Shown: positions 50,426 through 63,057 of the stretch, in pieces
Position numbering within the stretch: the stretch's first letter is position 1
Layout of the letters: each line of letters starts with the position of its first letter
Assembly (NCBI GenBank): GCA_965287045.1
Contig: OZ336874.1
Location: 35,650,001 to 35,714,000, forward strand
Source of the DNA: Carcharhinus amblyrhynchos
Lineage: Eukaryota
DNA: 64,000 nucleotides
Direction of reading: 5' to 3'
Made by a program: the position numbers and the translations under genes
Notes under the pieces: generated by a model
Databases searched by the model: none
What the model was told of the DNA's origin: nothing
The model's input: the letters and a program-made list of their open reading frames with translations, nothing else

Positions 50426-52959
50426 AGGCAAGGAATGTGAAGAAAATTTAACTACTTCTGTTTAGAAATGAAGAGACTTCAAGATTATAAAAGGAACGAA
50501 CAAAACAAATTCTCACAAACTGTTGATGAATACTAATAATAAGAGATGAGAGTTAAGAATGAGGCATTTGGAATTCAGGGATAAATTTTCACTCTAGGTT
50601 GTAGGAATGACCATTAAACAGTATATGCAGGCTCAATACACAATTGGATACATTTCTGGAGAAATAAGAGATTGGGATAAGGTGACAAGTTAGGTAAGGA
50701 AATGGGCTGTAGTCATACATCAGAAAAGAAGGCCATTTGACCCTTCATTCTTTTGCTGGCTCTTAGAGTCCAAATTCTCCCACCCCACCTTTTCCCTATA
50801 AGTAGCACCATTCGTACAAACACCTTTGGCATTGTATGTTGTTTAGCATTCACAACAGATTTGAGAGGGCCTAACCTACTATGGACCATAACTGTTTTTC
50901 TGGGTTTGTAGGGAGTGCTGTGCTTCAGATGTGATGCGGAGAAAATTATCACCTCTTACAGCAGCTAGGCCTCTTGATGAGCCACTCCCTATTTCTGATG
51001 GTCGGGATCAGGAACAAGGGAAAAGTCTTGAATGAGCTGCAGGCTCCTTTTCCCGATGTTATCAGCGATAGTTCTGTTTGTGATACTACTGGCCCTTCAA
51101 TGAAATGGGGCTAAGCACATCAGATGTTACAAACTAATGCAAGTATTTCAGACATTATTTTACAGGCACATCATCTCCACACTGATAGTACAATAAGAGC
51201 ATGTAAAAAGCTGCAGATCTGGAATCACAACAGTGGCATGCTGCGCTGTAACACTGAGGTGTGGTGGGACAGGACCAGTTCCATTAATGGGTTATGTCAA
51301 GTGGCAGCAAATTAAAAAAAGTAATTGGCACTGCATTCAGCTCCATCTGAATTGGCACTGTGGTCGGCAGCCAATAACTCCACTCTAGAGACAGTGTAGT
51401 AATGGCAGGATGCCACACTTCACAGATTATTTTACTAAAGCGTGCACTTCTGTTCCTGAGATGTCAGGGAGCTGAACAGTCTATTCCACTATAAGCTTTA
51501 AAAGTATATTGTGGAATTGCTCATATGAGGGGATGTCTTCTTAAACTCCGTGTCATATGTGGCAATTCCATCCAAGCATGCAACAAAAAATATGTCACAG
51601 AGACACTTAAGCTAAAGACCTTCAGTATTAGTATCATTTGAGCCTTCACACAATGGTGCATATTTCCAATTTGTGCCTAATATTCAGTGTAAGTCTTCTG
51701 CTGTTCACAATTGCTTTTACAAATATTACTAGCATTGATTCTAATATTGGATCTGGAAATCTAACACCATATTTTTCTCATTACTTTAATATAATGGACT
51801 TAATTAGACAGAAGCTGCACCATTTTGTCTTCAAAGAAATAAATCAACAGATACTGATAATCTATTGTAGATTGAACATGGGAAGCAAAGTAGTGTACAT
51901 TTGGGGCTGATCTGTGTCTTATTCAGCACTTGTTAGCATATCATTTGAAACAAATTTCAAAAATGCTGTGAGCGTTAAATTGGCTTTTCTAAAACTGCAG
52001 GCTTAAGTGGAACGTAAGCCATTTGGTACATTTTATTCTTGAGTTGCTTCACTTCCATATGCCTGCCGTACTGCTGAGTGTGCTGAAACTGGGGCATCTG
52101 TTCAATTTTGTACCTCTATGTAAACCAAGCACTTTCTGAATGTATTACATCATTGGGTTTGGTGCTTGTCAGCCCCTTCATGTAAATGCCAGAAATAAAA
52201 AAAAAACACATCCTTGATCTAAAAGTTCAGAAAATGACTAGTCATAAGAAAAATAACAAAGGTTTTTTTTCTTTGTTATTTGTTTATACAAATCTTCCCT
52301 AGTTTGTAAAAATATATGATTCACAATTGTGTGCAACAAGTGTTCTATTTCTTTCTGAGAACCACACTGTAAAAAATGCAAATTTGCCAACACATGTACA
52401 CATTTTATAATTTTTGGTCTATTATCTTTATCAAGGCTGTAAATCAATGTCAATTTTCTTCCACATTAGTTAAATATTTAAATCTCTTTTTTTAACTGTT
52501 TATTCCCTGTTCGCTTATTCATCTATCATGTTGCACAAACCTTTCTCTTGATTCTCTATGATTCTCTTTCCACATTGTACATTGCCAAAAATATGCCACA
52601 GTTGTATTCCAACAGGAAGTATTTTTCAAGATTGAGGCACTCCAGTACAATTTTCAAAACAATCAGCAGCAATACAATAAAATATTACACTTGTCTATGA
52701 ACTTAGTTCCATTGGCCTCCTTGTCTCATATCAACAGCAAGCTGCACCATATAGCAACTCCGAAAATCTTTAATTTTCCTAATCTGCAATCGCCTTCCTC
52801 TTTATCAGGCTAGTAGAGCCCTTATTTTTGTAAGCTTTCTGATGCAAACTAAAAATTTTGCATGCGCAAAGGCCTGGCACCTATGTAAAGCATTACAATT
52901 CTAATGAGTTGACATGCAGTCTTCCCATCTGTGCTCTTGGACTGTTGCTCAATTGTGAA

Positions 52960-53195
52960 ATCACTTGACTTGATGTTTAGCTGCTAAGACCTTCAATTCT
53001 GGAATTCCCTCCCTAAATCTCTTTTCTCTTCTCCTTTAAGAGACTCCTTCAGTCCTGGTTCATTGACAAAGTATCTGTGCTAATAATTCTTTATGTGGCT
53101 CACTGTCATTTTTTTTATTTGATAATGCTCCCGAGAAGCACCTTGGGCTGATTTTGTATGTTAAAGTGCTATAGAAATGCAAGTTGTTGTTGCTA
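52960..53195 (+). mobile_element. L2-like LINE 3' end
   Basis: CTGGAATTCCCTCCCTAAA...CCTTTAAGAGACTCCTT...GAAGCACCTTGGG...GTGCTATAGAAATGCAAGTTGTTGTTG. Confidence 0.6.
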
Positions 53196-56100
53196 TTCTG
53201 TTGCCTGCTGTCTGATTGTTAATCCGTTTTCCTTGATCTGATTGTTTGTTCTGTCGCTTGCTCTCTCTGATCATTGCAGCATTGCTTGCTCTTTCTCTGA
53301 TTGTTGATTTGTTGCCTGCGATCTGATTGTTTGCTTTGCTGCCTAACCCCTCGGTCTGTTGATCCTTTGTCTGCTCTGGTGGGCTGTTTCCCTAATGCCC
53401 TCTCCAATTGTTACTGTATTTCACACTCAATTCTGTTGACCTTTTATGCTTGCTGAAGAAAAAAGGAAAAAATAGCAAAATAAAATTTAGAGGAAAAAAC
53501 AGTGAACATAGAGCAAAGAGGGAAAGAGAAAAGGACAACAAGCACGAGAAAAATACAGAAGGGTGACAAAGTATAAGAGTCGAAAAGTAAAAAGAATTGA
53601 AAGGCCAGACAGAAAAAAAAGGACTTCAAGTAGGAAAAGAGAAATGAGGTAAACAGAAACTGAGGCGATGCAGGGAGCACAGGAAGATAATGGAAAAGTG
53701 AATAAAAATTAAGGATGAACAAAAGACGTAAATATAAGTGATGGAACATGCAACAAACAAAGCAGAGAAAGGAAATTGGAAAAAAGAAGTGAAAACAAAA
53801 AGTCATGTTTTTCAGACTAACCTGTAGCAGTTATCTTGAATAATGGAGCAGGAGTGAAGTGTGGGCCACTGTAACTATGCAGCTCTATTCAAAACACTGT
53901 AGAAGATTGATGTAACCAGCAGTGGCCTGGATATTCATGATCAGTGGAGAAAAAGAAGTGGCTTTCAAGTGAAGGCTGAAGATACCAAGAGCTTTTTGTC
54001 TAAGATGTTGCTTTCACTGCAGCAGAACAAAATAGCGGGTGGGTATCAGAAAGATAGAGGGAATCTTTTTGTTTGTTTTAGTTTAATTAACATTAAATTG
54101 TGGAGTGGTAGAGTTGGTATGAAAGAGTCTGCAAGGGAGGAAAGGTGACAAAACTTAGCAAAAGGTTGAATCTGAGAGAATAAGCAGATCCTGGGAGTGA
54201 GCACACAGGCTAATATGGATTTGAAAAAAATAGGGGAACAAGAGATGGAGATTGAAGATATTGTAAAAAAAAATCATGCAGCACAACCAGACAAGAACAA
54301 TGAGAAAATATCAAAAAAATTGTTGAAATAGAAAAACAAAAATATACAAATCAGAGATATATTGCAGACACAATAAAAAGAATTTATTAACTGGTAAGAA
54401 AATGAATTCAGGAGCTACTTTCCAGTATTTGACTAGACAATATTAAGTAAATTTGTATTACACAAGACGTGTTTAGCTAGTCAGTTGTAGGCTTAAACCG
54501 TGTTATCATAATGACCATGGATGGTGAGCTACCTGAGAATGGTAAACACTAAGTGCTACTGGTGGATGAGTAACCTGGCCTCCTCCAGAAAATGTCAACA
54601 ACTTCGGGCAGATGAGTTCCCAGAGAGCGTGAGTTAGAATCTCAATGGGCAAAACATCATCAGAAGATGCCATCAAATGATGGATAGGCTAATCCTTGAA
54701 TTAGCAGCAAGCCATGATGCAGTGATAGTACAGAACAAGTCAATGAAAGAAAGACTGTGTGCGGACCGTCTAACACACACCAGGGTTTCTTGCTTTAAAA
54801 AGCAACAGGAGCTCCAAAAGTGTCGATTGATGTTTGTAATGCCGATAATGATATTTTGATAAATATTTTCTTGATCTAATTTAAATGACAGAAATATTTG
54901 ATTACTTTAGGGGATGGCTTTGCTCAGAACAACTCAAAAATAGTACTTTGAAAATCAGGAAATCAATTATTCCAGCAGCGCTTCATCACAAAGAATGGGG
55001 AAAGAGAGACAAAGAAAGAGAAACCAGGGAAATGGATAAAGTTCCCTGAATTGATGGAATTCTCTGAATCAGGAGAACATGTTAAACCTAGCTTATGTAG
55101 AGAGATGAATCTTGTAGTCCTCAAGGTGTTTAATATAGAATAATGCAGAAATGTTTCACTACAGTTAAAAGAACAGTGCATATTTCTGTCCTGATTTCAT
55201 TGTATGTGAACAATGATGTCAGCAAACATGGTTTATTCACCCTGTAATATGCTCTCACAAGAAGCTATCTCAGTGACTATTGATTACTGTGACTATAGAA
55301 TAAGAGATATGAGCAAAGGAATTACAAGCAATAATCTAATCACAGGATCAAAGGACTTTGATAAACTACAATTATGAAGTGAGACCTGTTCATGAACATA
55401 ATCTACATTTGTGGATTGGATTACACTCTTGACCTGTAATGTGTTGGGTGTTTCTGAATTATACATCTACTAATGTTTAAAATGGCTACAGTTTGTTTGC
55501 TTAAGGCTTTGTATTAATGGATGCGTGAGGCTATGTGAAGGAGAGGCTAAGGCAAGCCTTTGACTTCGATTGAAGATACTCTGTGTGATTAGAACATTGC
55601 TGTCTTGTAGCCTTATGGAAGTTTGTATCCAATGTTGTGTATATTGTGATTAATGCATTTTCACAAGTAACAGGATGAATTATTTAATGGAAGGTAGGTG
55701 CTGAGCCTAGGGGAAGCAAAGGTGAAAAAAGGATAGGAGAGAACATGACATCGACATTAAGAAATTGCAAGTGTGGGTTTAAAAGCCTGTAGACAATGCA
55801 TTGCACAGATTCAGAGGCCTAAGTTGGTGAAATATATGACCAATATTGTATTTAGCCCTGGAAAAACTCACAAAAGGAATAATACTGTTGAGATATTTAG
55901 AGACAGACTTGTGTTTGAAATTATGGATGTGAGAGAAAGGGCTTCAAGAGGCCAGTGTTGAAGATGGCTTCGTTGAAGACGGATGAGGTTCAAACACATG
56001 TTGGAATACCTTAAAATTACTGAGAAGCCAAAAGAGTATAATGTGATTGTGATACTTAAAGCCAAGGAAATCTCAAGACATGAGAGAGGAAAACTTTGGG

Positions 56101-56597
56101 CCAATGCTAAAAAAACCCAAAGACAAGGGAGTGCTGCAGCTCTGAGGAGAAGCACAGGTTCCACAAAAGAGAACTGTACCCAACTGTTCGATAGATTTGC
56201 AAAAAATGCGAAAAACTTTCTCAGAAAAATGCCATAGAAAAGCATCACGTGCATACAGAGAGACAGCGAGGGCAGTAGATGAAGAATCAAGAGCAACAGA
56301 ATTATTTGTCATTCGTGTGTTCTGTTGATTTTGGATAACTCAAGGAGTGTTACAATTAAGTCTGGAAATTATCTAAGATTCCAAATAAACCTGGGTGCAC
56401 AACATAACATAATTCTGCTCTATCTATATTAAAAAGCAACAGGAAATTTTATGCTTGCAAAGAAGGAACCGTTTAATTCATCGATTGTAAAATATGGAGG
56501 AACAAGTCTCTCATTATTAGACAAGTATGAACTCTGGTTCAACATATTGACTGTATGAACTGGCTGGGTTATTAATGAGCACATCTATTGATGAGCT

Positions 56598-56970
56598 TCG
56601 TGGTGTATTGGTGATGTCACTGAACTAGTATTCCAAAGACCCAGACTAATCCTCTAGGGACGTGGGTTTAAATCCCACCACTGCAGCTGGTGGAATTTAA
56701 ATTCAATTAATAAATTTGGAGTCTCAGTAATAGTAACCATGAAAATATCATTGATTATTGTAAAAACCCACTAATGCCCTTTAGGGAAGAAAATCTACCA
56801 TCCTTACCTGGTTTGGTTCAGCTTCCCTGTGATTACAAATCTGTAGTAATATGTTCGAATCCCTAATTGCCCTCTTAAATGACCTTGCAAGCCACTCAGT
56901 TCAAGGGCAATTAGGGATGAGCAACAAATCCTAGCTTTGTCAGTGACACACATACCTCATGCAAGAATAA
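56598..56970 (+). mobile_element. tRNA-derived SINE sharing its tail with the 36618 LINE
   Basis: A box TGGTGTATTGG, B box GGTTTAAATCC and tail CAAGGGCAATTAGGGATGAG...AAGAATAAA. Confidence 0.8.
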
Positions 56971-57185
56971 ATTATATTAACTATAAGATTTCTGCTGGGC
57001 AGGACATCCTGTCTGCGCATGAACATGATTACACACAAAAATAATGATGAAATCAATAGAACATCACCTACTGGAGTAATGGGATATGTAATCCATGACT
57101 ACAAGCCATTTGCAGGAGTGTTTAATACTGAAACATCCTCAGGTATTCAGTGATCGGAGGGTTAGGACAAGTTGAATGGAAGTAT

Positions 57186-57424
57186 CATAGAATCATAGAA
57201 TCCTACAGTGCAGAAGGAGGCCATTTGGCCCATCGAGTCTGCACCAACCACAACCCCAGCTGGGGTCTAATCCCATGCATTTACCCAAAGCACCCAGAGG
57301 AAACCCACGCAGACAAGGGGAGACTGTGCAAACTCCACATAGACAGTGACCTAAGCTGGAAATCGAACCCAAGTCCTTGGCACTGTGAGGCAGCAGTGCT
57401 AACTACTGTGCCACTGTGCTGCCC
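57186..57424 (-). mobile_element. HE1-like SINE, tail type B (CR1-like), internally deleted
   Basis: CATAGAATCATAGAATCCTACAGTGCAGAAGGAGGCCATTTGGCCCATC tail and GCAGCAGTGCTAACTACTGTGCCAC head on +. Confidence 0.85.
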
Positions 57425-57489
57425 CAGTATTGTACAAGTACTGTATCAAACTTGTTGAATAGATCCAGATTAACATGTCGCATCAGAAA

Positions 57490-58680
57490 TAATTACAGGA
57501 TAAGACCATATGGCAAGCCAGCTCTGCTATTCAATATGACCAAGGATGATCTTAGGCTGCAACTTTGTTTTCTTGCCTGCTCCCCATTATCACACTACTC
57601 CTTGAGAAATCAACAATCTATCTATTTCAACCTCAGATGTATTCAGTGATGGTCATCCATAATCTTATGAGGTAGAGAATTCCAAAGGTTCACAATCTGA
57701 GTGATGAACTTTCTGCTCATTTTAGCCCTAAATGATCAGCCTCCTGGTCCAAAACTGCAGTCTCTTTCTTTACATTCCCTAGCCAGGGGAAACAATGTCT
57801 CAGTATAGAAATCATAGAAATCCTACAGAAGCAGGCCATTTGGCCCATTGAGTTCTACTGACTCTTTGATGGAGTCTCCCACCAAGACCCTATCCCTGTA
57901 ACCCCACATATTTACCCCACTACTCCACCCTAACCTACACATCTTGGGACACTAAGGAGTAATTTAGCATGGCCAATCCACCTAACCTGCATATCTCTGG
58001 ACTGTGGGAGGAAAGTGGAGCACTTGGAGGAAACTCACACAGATATGGGGAGAATGTGTAAACTCCACATAAACAATCACCCAAAACTGGAATTGAACCT
58101 TGGTCCCTGGCACTGTGAGGCACTAGTGCTAACCACTGTGGCACTATATATACCCTGTCAAGCCCCTTCATAATCTTGAATGTTTTAATGAAATCCTTTC
58201 CCATTCTGTTAAACTCCAGAGGATATAGACTCAATTTATCCAGTCTACCGTGATAGTCTACTCTTTCATCTCAAGGATCAATCTAGTGTACCTATTCTGT
58301 AATGTTTTCAAAGTAAATATATCCTTCCTTAAGTTTGAAGATGAAAATTTCACGAGCCCTGTACAACTGTAGCAAGACTTCTTTATGCTTATACTCCAGT
58401 CACCTTGCAAAAAAGACCACCATGCTATTTATTTCCCTAATAGCTGGCTGTATTTTCATGCTAATTTATTGTGTTCCAATACGGGTTCACCCAAGTCTCT
58501 TTGAACATCATTTACATGTTTCACATCTTTTAAAAACAATTTTACTTTTCAAATCTTATGACAAAACACTTACACTTCCCCACTTTGTACTCCACCATGC
58601 TGCCTATTCACCAAACCTGTCTACATTTCTTTGCAACCTCTTTCTGCCTTCCAGCTTACGTTCTCACCTAGCGTTGTCTT
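57490..58680 (-). mobile_element. CR1-type LINE fragment hosting a SINE
   Basis: GGTAGAGAATTCCAAAGGTTCACAA on +. The minus ORF reads LYPLEFNRMGKDFIKTFKIMKGLDRV (CR1 ORF2 C-terminus). Confidence 0.75.
57806..58145 (-). mobile_element. HE1-like SINE, tail type B
   Basis: AATTTAGCATGGCCAATCCACCTAACC core, AGTGCTAACCACTGTG head and ATCATAGAAA tail. Confidence 0.85.
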
Positions 58681-58784
58681 GTGATGTGAGCCAGTAGTTT
58701 TAAGGGAAAAGCTGAAGGAAATCTAGGATGGGTTGGTCAGACAGGAAATCATTGCTCCTGGACAGTGCTTCTACTCTCTCATTC

Positions 58785-59642
58785 GATTTTCAAGTTTGCT
58801 GACGGCACCACCATAGTGGGTCGGATCTCAAACAATGACAACACAGAGTATAGGAATGAGATAGAGAATCTGGTGAACTGGTGCGGCAACAATAATCTCT
58901 CCAATAATCTGTCCCAGCAAAATGAAGGAGATTGTCACTGACTTCAGGAAGAGTAAAGGAGAACATGCCCCTGTGTGCATCAATGGGAACAAAGTAGAAA
59001 GGATTGAGAGCTTTAAGTTTTTAGGTGTCCAGATCACCAACAACCTGTCATGGCCCCCCATGCCAACAATATAGTTAACAAAGCCCCTACTTCCTCAGAA
59101 GACTAAGGAAATTTGGCATGTCAGTTATGACTCTCACCAGCATTTACAGGTGCACTATAGAAAGCATTATTTCTGATTGTATCACAACTTGGTATGGCTC
59201 CTGCCCTGCCCAAGACCGCAAGGAACTACAAAAGGTCGTGAATGTAGCCCAATCCATCACGCAAACCAGCCTCCCATCCATTGACCCTGTCTACACTTCC
59301 TGTTGCCTTGGCAAAACAGCCAACATAATTAAGAAATCTACTGTAAACTCCACATAGACCGGACATTCTCCCTTCCACCTTCTTCCATTGGGAAAAAGTT
59401 ACAGAAGTCTGAGGCCACATAGTAACTGACTCAAGAACAGCTTCTTCTCTGCTGCTGTCAGACTTTTGAATGGACTTACCTCGCATTAAGTTGATTTTTC
59501 TCTACACCCTAGCTATGACTGTAACACTATTCTGCACTCTCTCGTTTCCTTCACTATGAAAGGTATGCCATGTCTCTGTAGCGTGCTGGAAACAATACTT
59601 TTCACTGTATGTTAATGCACGTGACAATAAATCAAATCAAAA
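58785..59642 (+). mobile_element. Rex1/Babar-like LINE, 5'-truncated
   Basis: FKFADGTTIVGRISNND..YRNEIENLVNWCGNNNLS (FADD RT motif mutated), then YRCTIESII..CITTWYG; ends ACAATAAATCAAATCAAA. Confidence 0.85.
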
Positions 59643-60228
59643 TGCTGATTTCATGAATCAATTCAAAGGTAGCTGTACTTAAGAAGGATGGCACCCAGCC
59701 TAAAGACTTGAACAAAGTTATCAAGTCAGAGCAACATCCTTGACCAACAATTGAAGATGTAGGTACCACCTACTTGAATTCTTTACAGTTTTTGATGTCC
59801 AAAGTGGGTTTTGGCATACGTGCAGAGATGAATAGTTGTCAAATTTTACAAGATTTCTCACATCTTTTGGGTGATCCTGTGGGAAATTTGTGAATGCCTT
59901 TAGGGATTAGCTCAGTGACAGAGGTTTTCCAATGAAATATGTATGAGCTGGTGGAAGGACTACAAGGGGTAGAGGTTAGTGCAGGTGATTTTGTGACATT
60001 GAGTTTGAGAGCTTGAATTATTGAGTCAAGACCAAGATAAAAATCGAAAAGCTTTCCTACCAGCATGCAATTATCAGTGTTACGTACTGACAAAATGGAC
60101 CCCTTTGTAGGATACATTGCTAGAGGATGGAGGACGCTGTGTGGATCCAGCTAAAGTTAAAGTGGTTTTGGAGATATTGATATTGCCTAAATAGCAGGGA
60201 TCCAGTGATAGTTTGGCTTGCTTAATAA

Positions 60229-60527
60229 TAGAATAGAATCCATACAGTGCATGAGGAGGCCATTTGGAATATCAAGCCTGCACCAGCAATAATCCCACCC
60301 AGGGCCTATCCCTGTAACCCCATTTATTTACTCTGCTAGTTCCTCTGACACTTGGGAGCAATTTAGCATGGCCAATCAACCTAACCCACACATCTTTGGA
60401 GTATGGGAGGAAACCTGAGCACCCAGAGGAAACCCATGCAGATTCCACAGAAACAGTGACCAAAGGCCAGAATTGAACCAGAGTCCTTGGCACGATGAAG
60501 CAGCAGTGCTAATCTCTGTGCCACCCT
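60229..60527 (-). mobile_element. HE1-like SINE, tail type B
   Basis: Same core and head as the other copies; TAGAATAGAATCCATACAGTGCA tail. Confidence 0.85.
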
Positions 60528-62594
60528 AATATGTGGGTAAATTACTCCTGCATAAGTTAGACATAACAAAACACCAGAGACCTAATGCAGGATAAGGAAT
60601 AGTTTTCAGGTGAGTTGCAAGAATTGACACTGCAATATATAGTGGTCACCAATATTGCCAGTCCTTGGGTATTACAATCTCAAGGTAGATGTTACTTTAC
60701 AATGTGGTGCATTTTCATCTGGACTTGGAGTAGTATTGATCCAGAAGTTTTGTGTGCACCAAGCACAATTCAGTAAAAACAACAAATGTACAGGTTTAGA
60801 AAAAACTTCTGGTGATCTGATTCATTGTGCTAAACTTGGAGATGGCCACGACATGGTGAATATTGAAACAAATTGTTGTCCATTAGAATTAATAGTAACA
60901 AGCCACTAAACAGTGCACTTAAGAGCCTTGAAAGAATGATGTTAAGATGTAAAACATCTTGTCTGAAAGTAACTTATAAGAAAGGGGAGAAGGTGGTCCT
61001 AGCAGGTACATTGACAATATCTGCCAGATGTTAACTTGTGTGCTGGAAGAAATTGACTATCACAAATTACTTCCAGTTGGAGATTCATGCTGGCAACAAT
61101 TTATCACGCTGCAATGGATGACACGGCTCAGAAGTAATTCCAGATTATCATTTGGCAAAACTAGTTTGGGATCAAGGCAGAGACACCTAACTTCATACAT
61201 CTTTACTCTAGGCTTTCTAGTTGAACTAGCTGTCCAAAGCGATTTGATATTCAAAGGACAGCAATTAATGGTACTAGCTGTGTTGTAAAATGAATTAATG
61301 TCAGTAACGTATTCAGCACATACTGACACAAATATTTAGAAGATTAGGGTTGAAAAGCCTATGACTGCCTCTTCTAGCTCAGGATGTCAACAGAATATAA
61401 ACAACACACTGCAAAGTGTGATATCTGTTTTCCTCATGGGAGTTCTCCAAATAAGGAAACATTACAATGGCAGAAGATTATGGCTAGACCTTGGCCAAAT
61501 GTTGGGCTGATGTTTGTGATTTACATGGAGCTAATTGTATGTGAACATTACAGTAACTTTACCGAAGTAGGCAGTCTCCCTTCTGTTATGAAGTGCAGTG
61601 TTCTGAGAGAACCTCAGAAGATGTTTACAAGATTTGGAATACCAGGCATAGTAGTAACTCACAATTTATAGCCTCAGAATATGCAATGTTTGTCAGGGGA
61701 TTGAGACATGTGACATCATTACATCACTATCTGCAGTCCAATGGTAAATTATGACGAGAATGTCATCATAACTGTCAAATGATTCCTCATGAAATGCAAG
61801 GAGTCTGGCCAAAGTTTCTAGTTCTGGAAGATTAGTTAAACATACCAAGTGAAGGAATCCATCACAGAGATATGTGGGTCAGAGGTGGAAGGCACTATTT
61901 CCTTTAGCAGGAACATGCTGACAGTAAAGCAATTCTACTGAGGAAGACACTTTGGTGCTTGTTAGCATGAAGTAATGTCAACAGTATTTTTAAATGTTAA
62001 ATCACTTCAAGAAATGATATGGTTCAGATGAAATGACCTATCCAGAGTACTTGGGGTGCTGAAACAAGCATGTGATGGGTCCAAGAAGTTACACGGTGCA
62101 AGATAGAGAGTCATCATGCCACAGGAATTGCTGTCAGTTGATTTGAGTTACTCAGAAGCAAAGCTCCAAAGACTGAAAACTTGCCTAAAATGCAGGTCCC
62201 CACTGGTCCACTGGGTAGTCCACAGTCTCCTTGCCAACACCAAAAGGAGCACCTGAAACACCTTTTAGTCCAGCCTTAATCACCAATCACAAGGCAGCAC
62301 CAGCCTCCATTTCCACTGAAAGACTATTTGTTGTTGTACTTCCTGCTTGTAATTCCTGTATGTTTTGCTTTGGTTAAATTTTGAAGTTCCTCTGTGTGGT
62401 TTTGTTTTTTTTAAACTGAGGGGAAGGATGTGATACGAGGCACACATTTGCTATTGGCACACAGCGTTTGGGTAATCAGTGTGGGACTTATCATTTGTCA
62501 ATTCAGGTGATTTCTTTGTTTGCTCTCTCTCTATCATTTATGTGATCCGATAAGCAGTAGTACACTTGTAACTCCTGTAAATTAATTTGTTATT

Positions 62595-63057
62595 TTAGAA
62601 TAGAATATCTACAATGCAGAAAGATGCTATTTGGCCTAACAAATCTGCACCGACTCTCCAAAAAAGCATCCCTCCCAGACCATCCCCGCTGCTCTTTTCC
62701 TGTAACCTTGCACAATTACCACAGCTAATCCATTTAACCTACACACCTTTGTTTAAGTTTCTTTATTAGTGTCACAAGTAGGCTTACATTAACACTGCAA
62801 TGAAGTTACTGTGAAAATCCTCGAGTCATGCCACACTGGCACCTGTCCGGGTACACTGAGGGAGAATTTAGCATGGCCAATGCACCTAACCAGCATATCT
62901 TTTGGACTGTGAAAGGATACTGGAGCACCCGGATGAAACCCATGTAGACACAGGGAGAATGTGCAGACTCCACACAGACAGTCATCCAAGCTGGGAATCA
63001 AACCTAGGTTCTTGGCACTGTGAAGCAGCAGTGCTAGCCACTGTGCCCCGTGCTGCC
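62595..63057 (-). mobile_element. Compound HE1-like SINE: type B tail (62595-62750) abutting a full type A copy (62750-63057)
   Basis: TAGAATAGAATATCTACAATGCAGAA.. tail, then TTTATTAGTGTCACAAGTAGGCTTACATTAACACTGC.. through the GCAGTGCTAGCCACTGTGCC head. Confidence 0.8.

Larger units (their letters stand above)
55770..62590 (+). mobile_element. Decayed Ty3/Gypsy LTR retrotransposon broken by younger insertions
   Basis: Gag-like EIFRDRLVFEI (~55890), degenerate protease region (~56380), RT remnants (PKDLNKVI, TVFDVQSGFW, MPLGISS) at 59650-60120, RNase H-like at about 60650-60990, integrase-like CDIC..RPW..FTRFGIP at 61384-61750. Polypurine tract GAGGGGAAGGA at 62418-62428 followed by TG. 5' LTR not identified. 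Confidence 0.8.
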
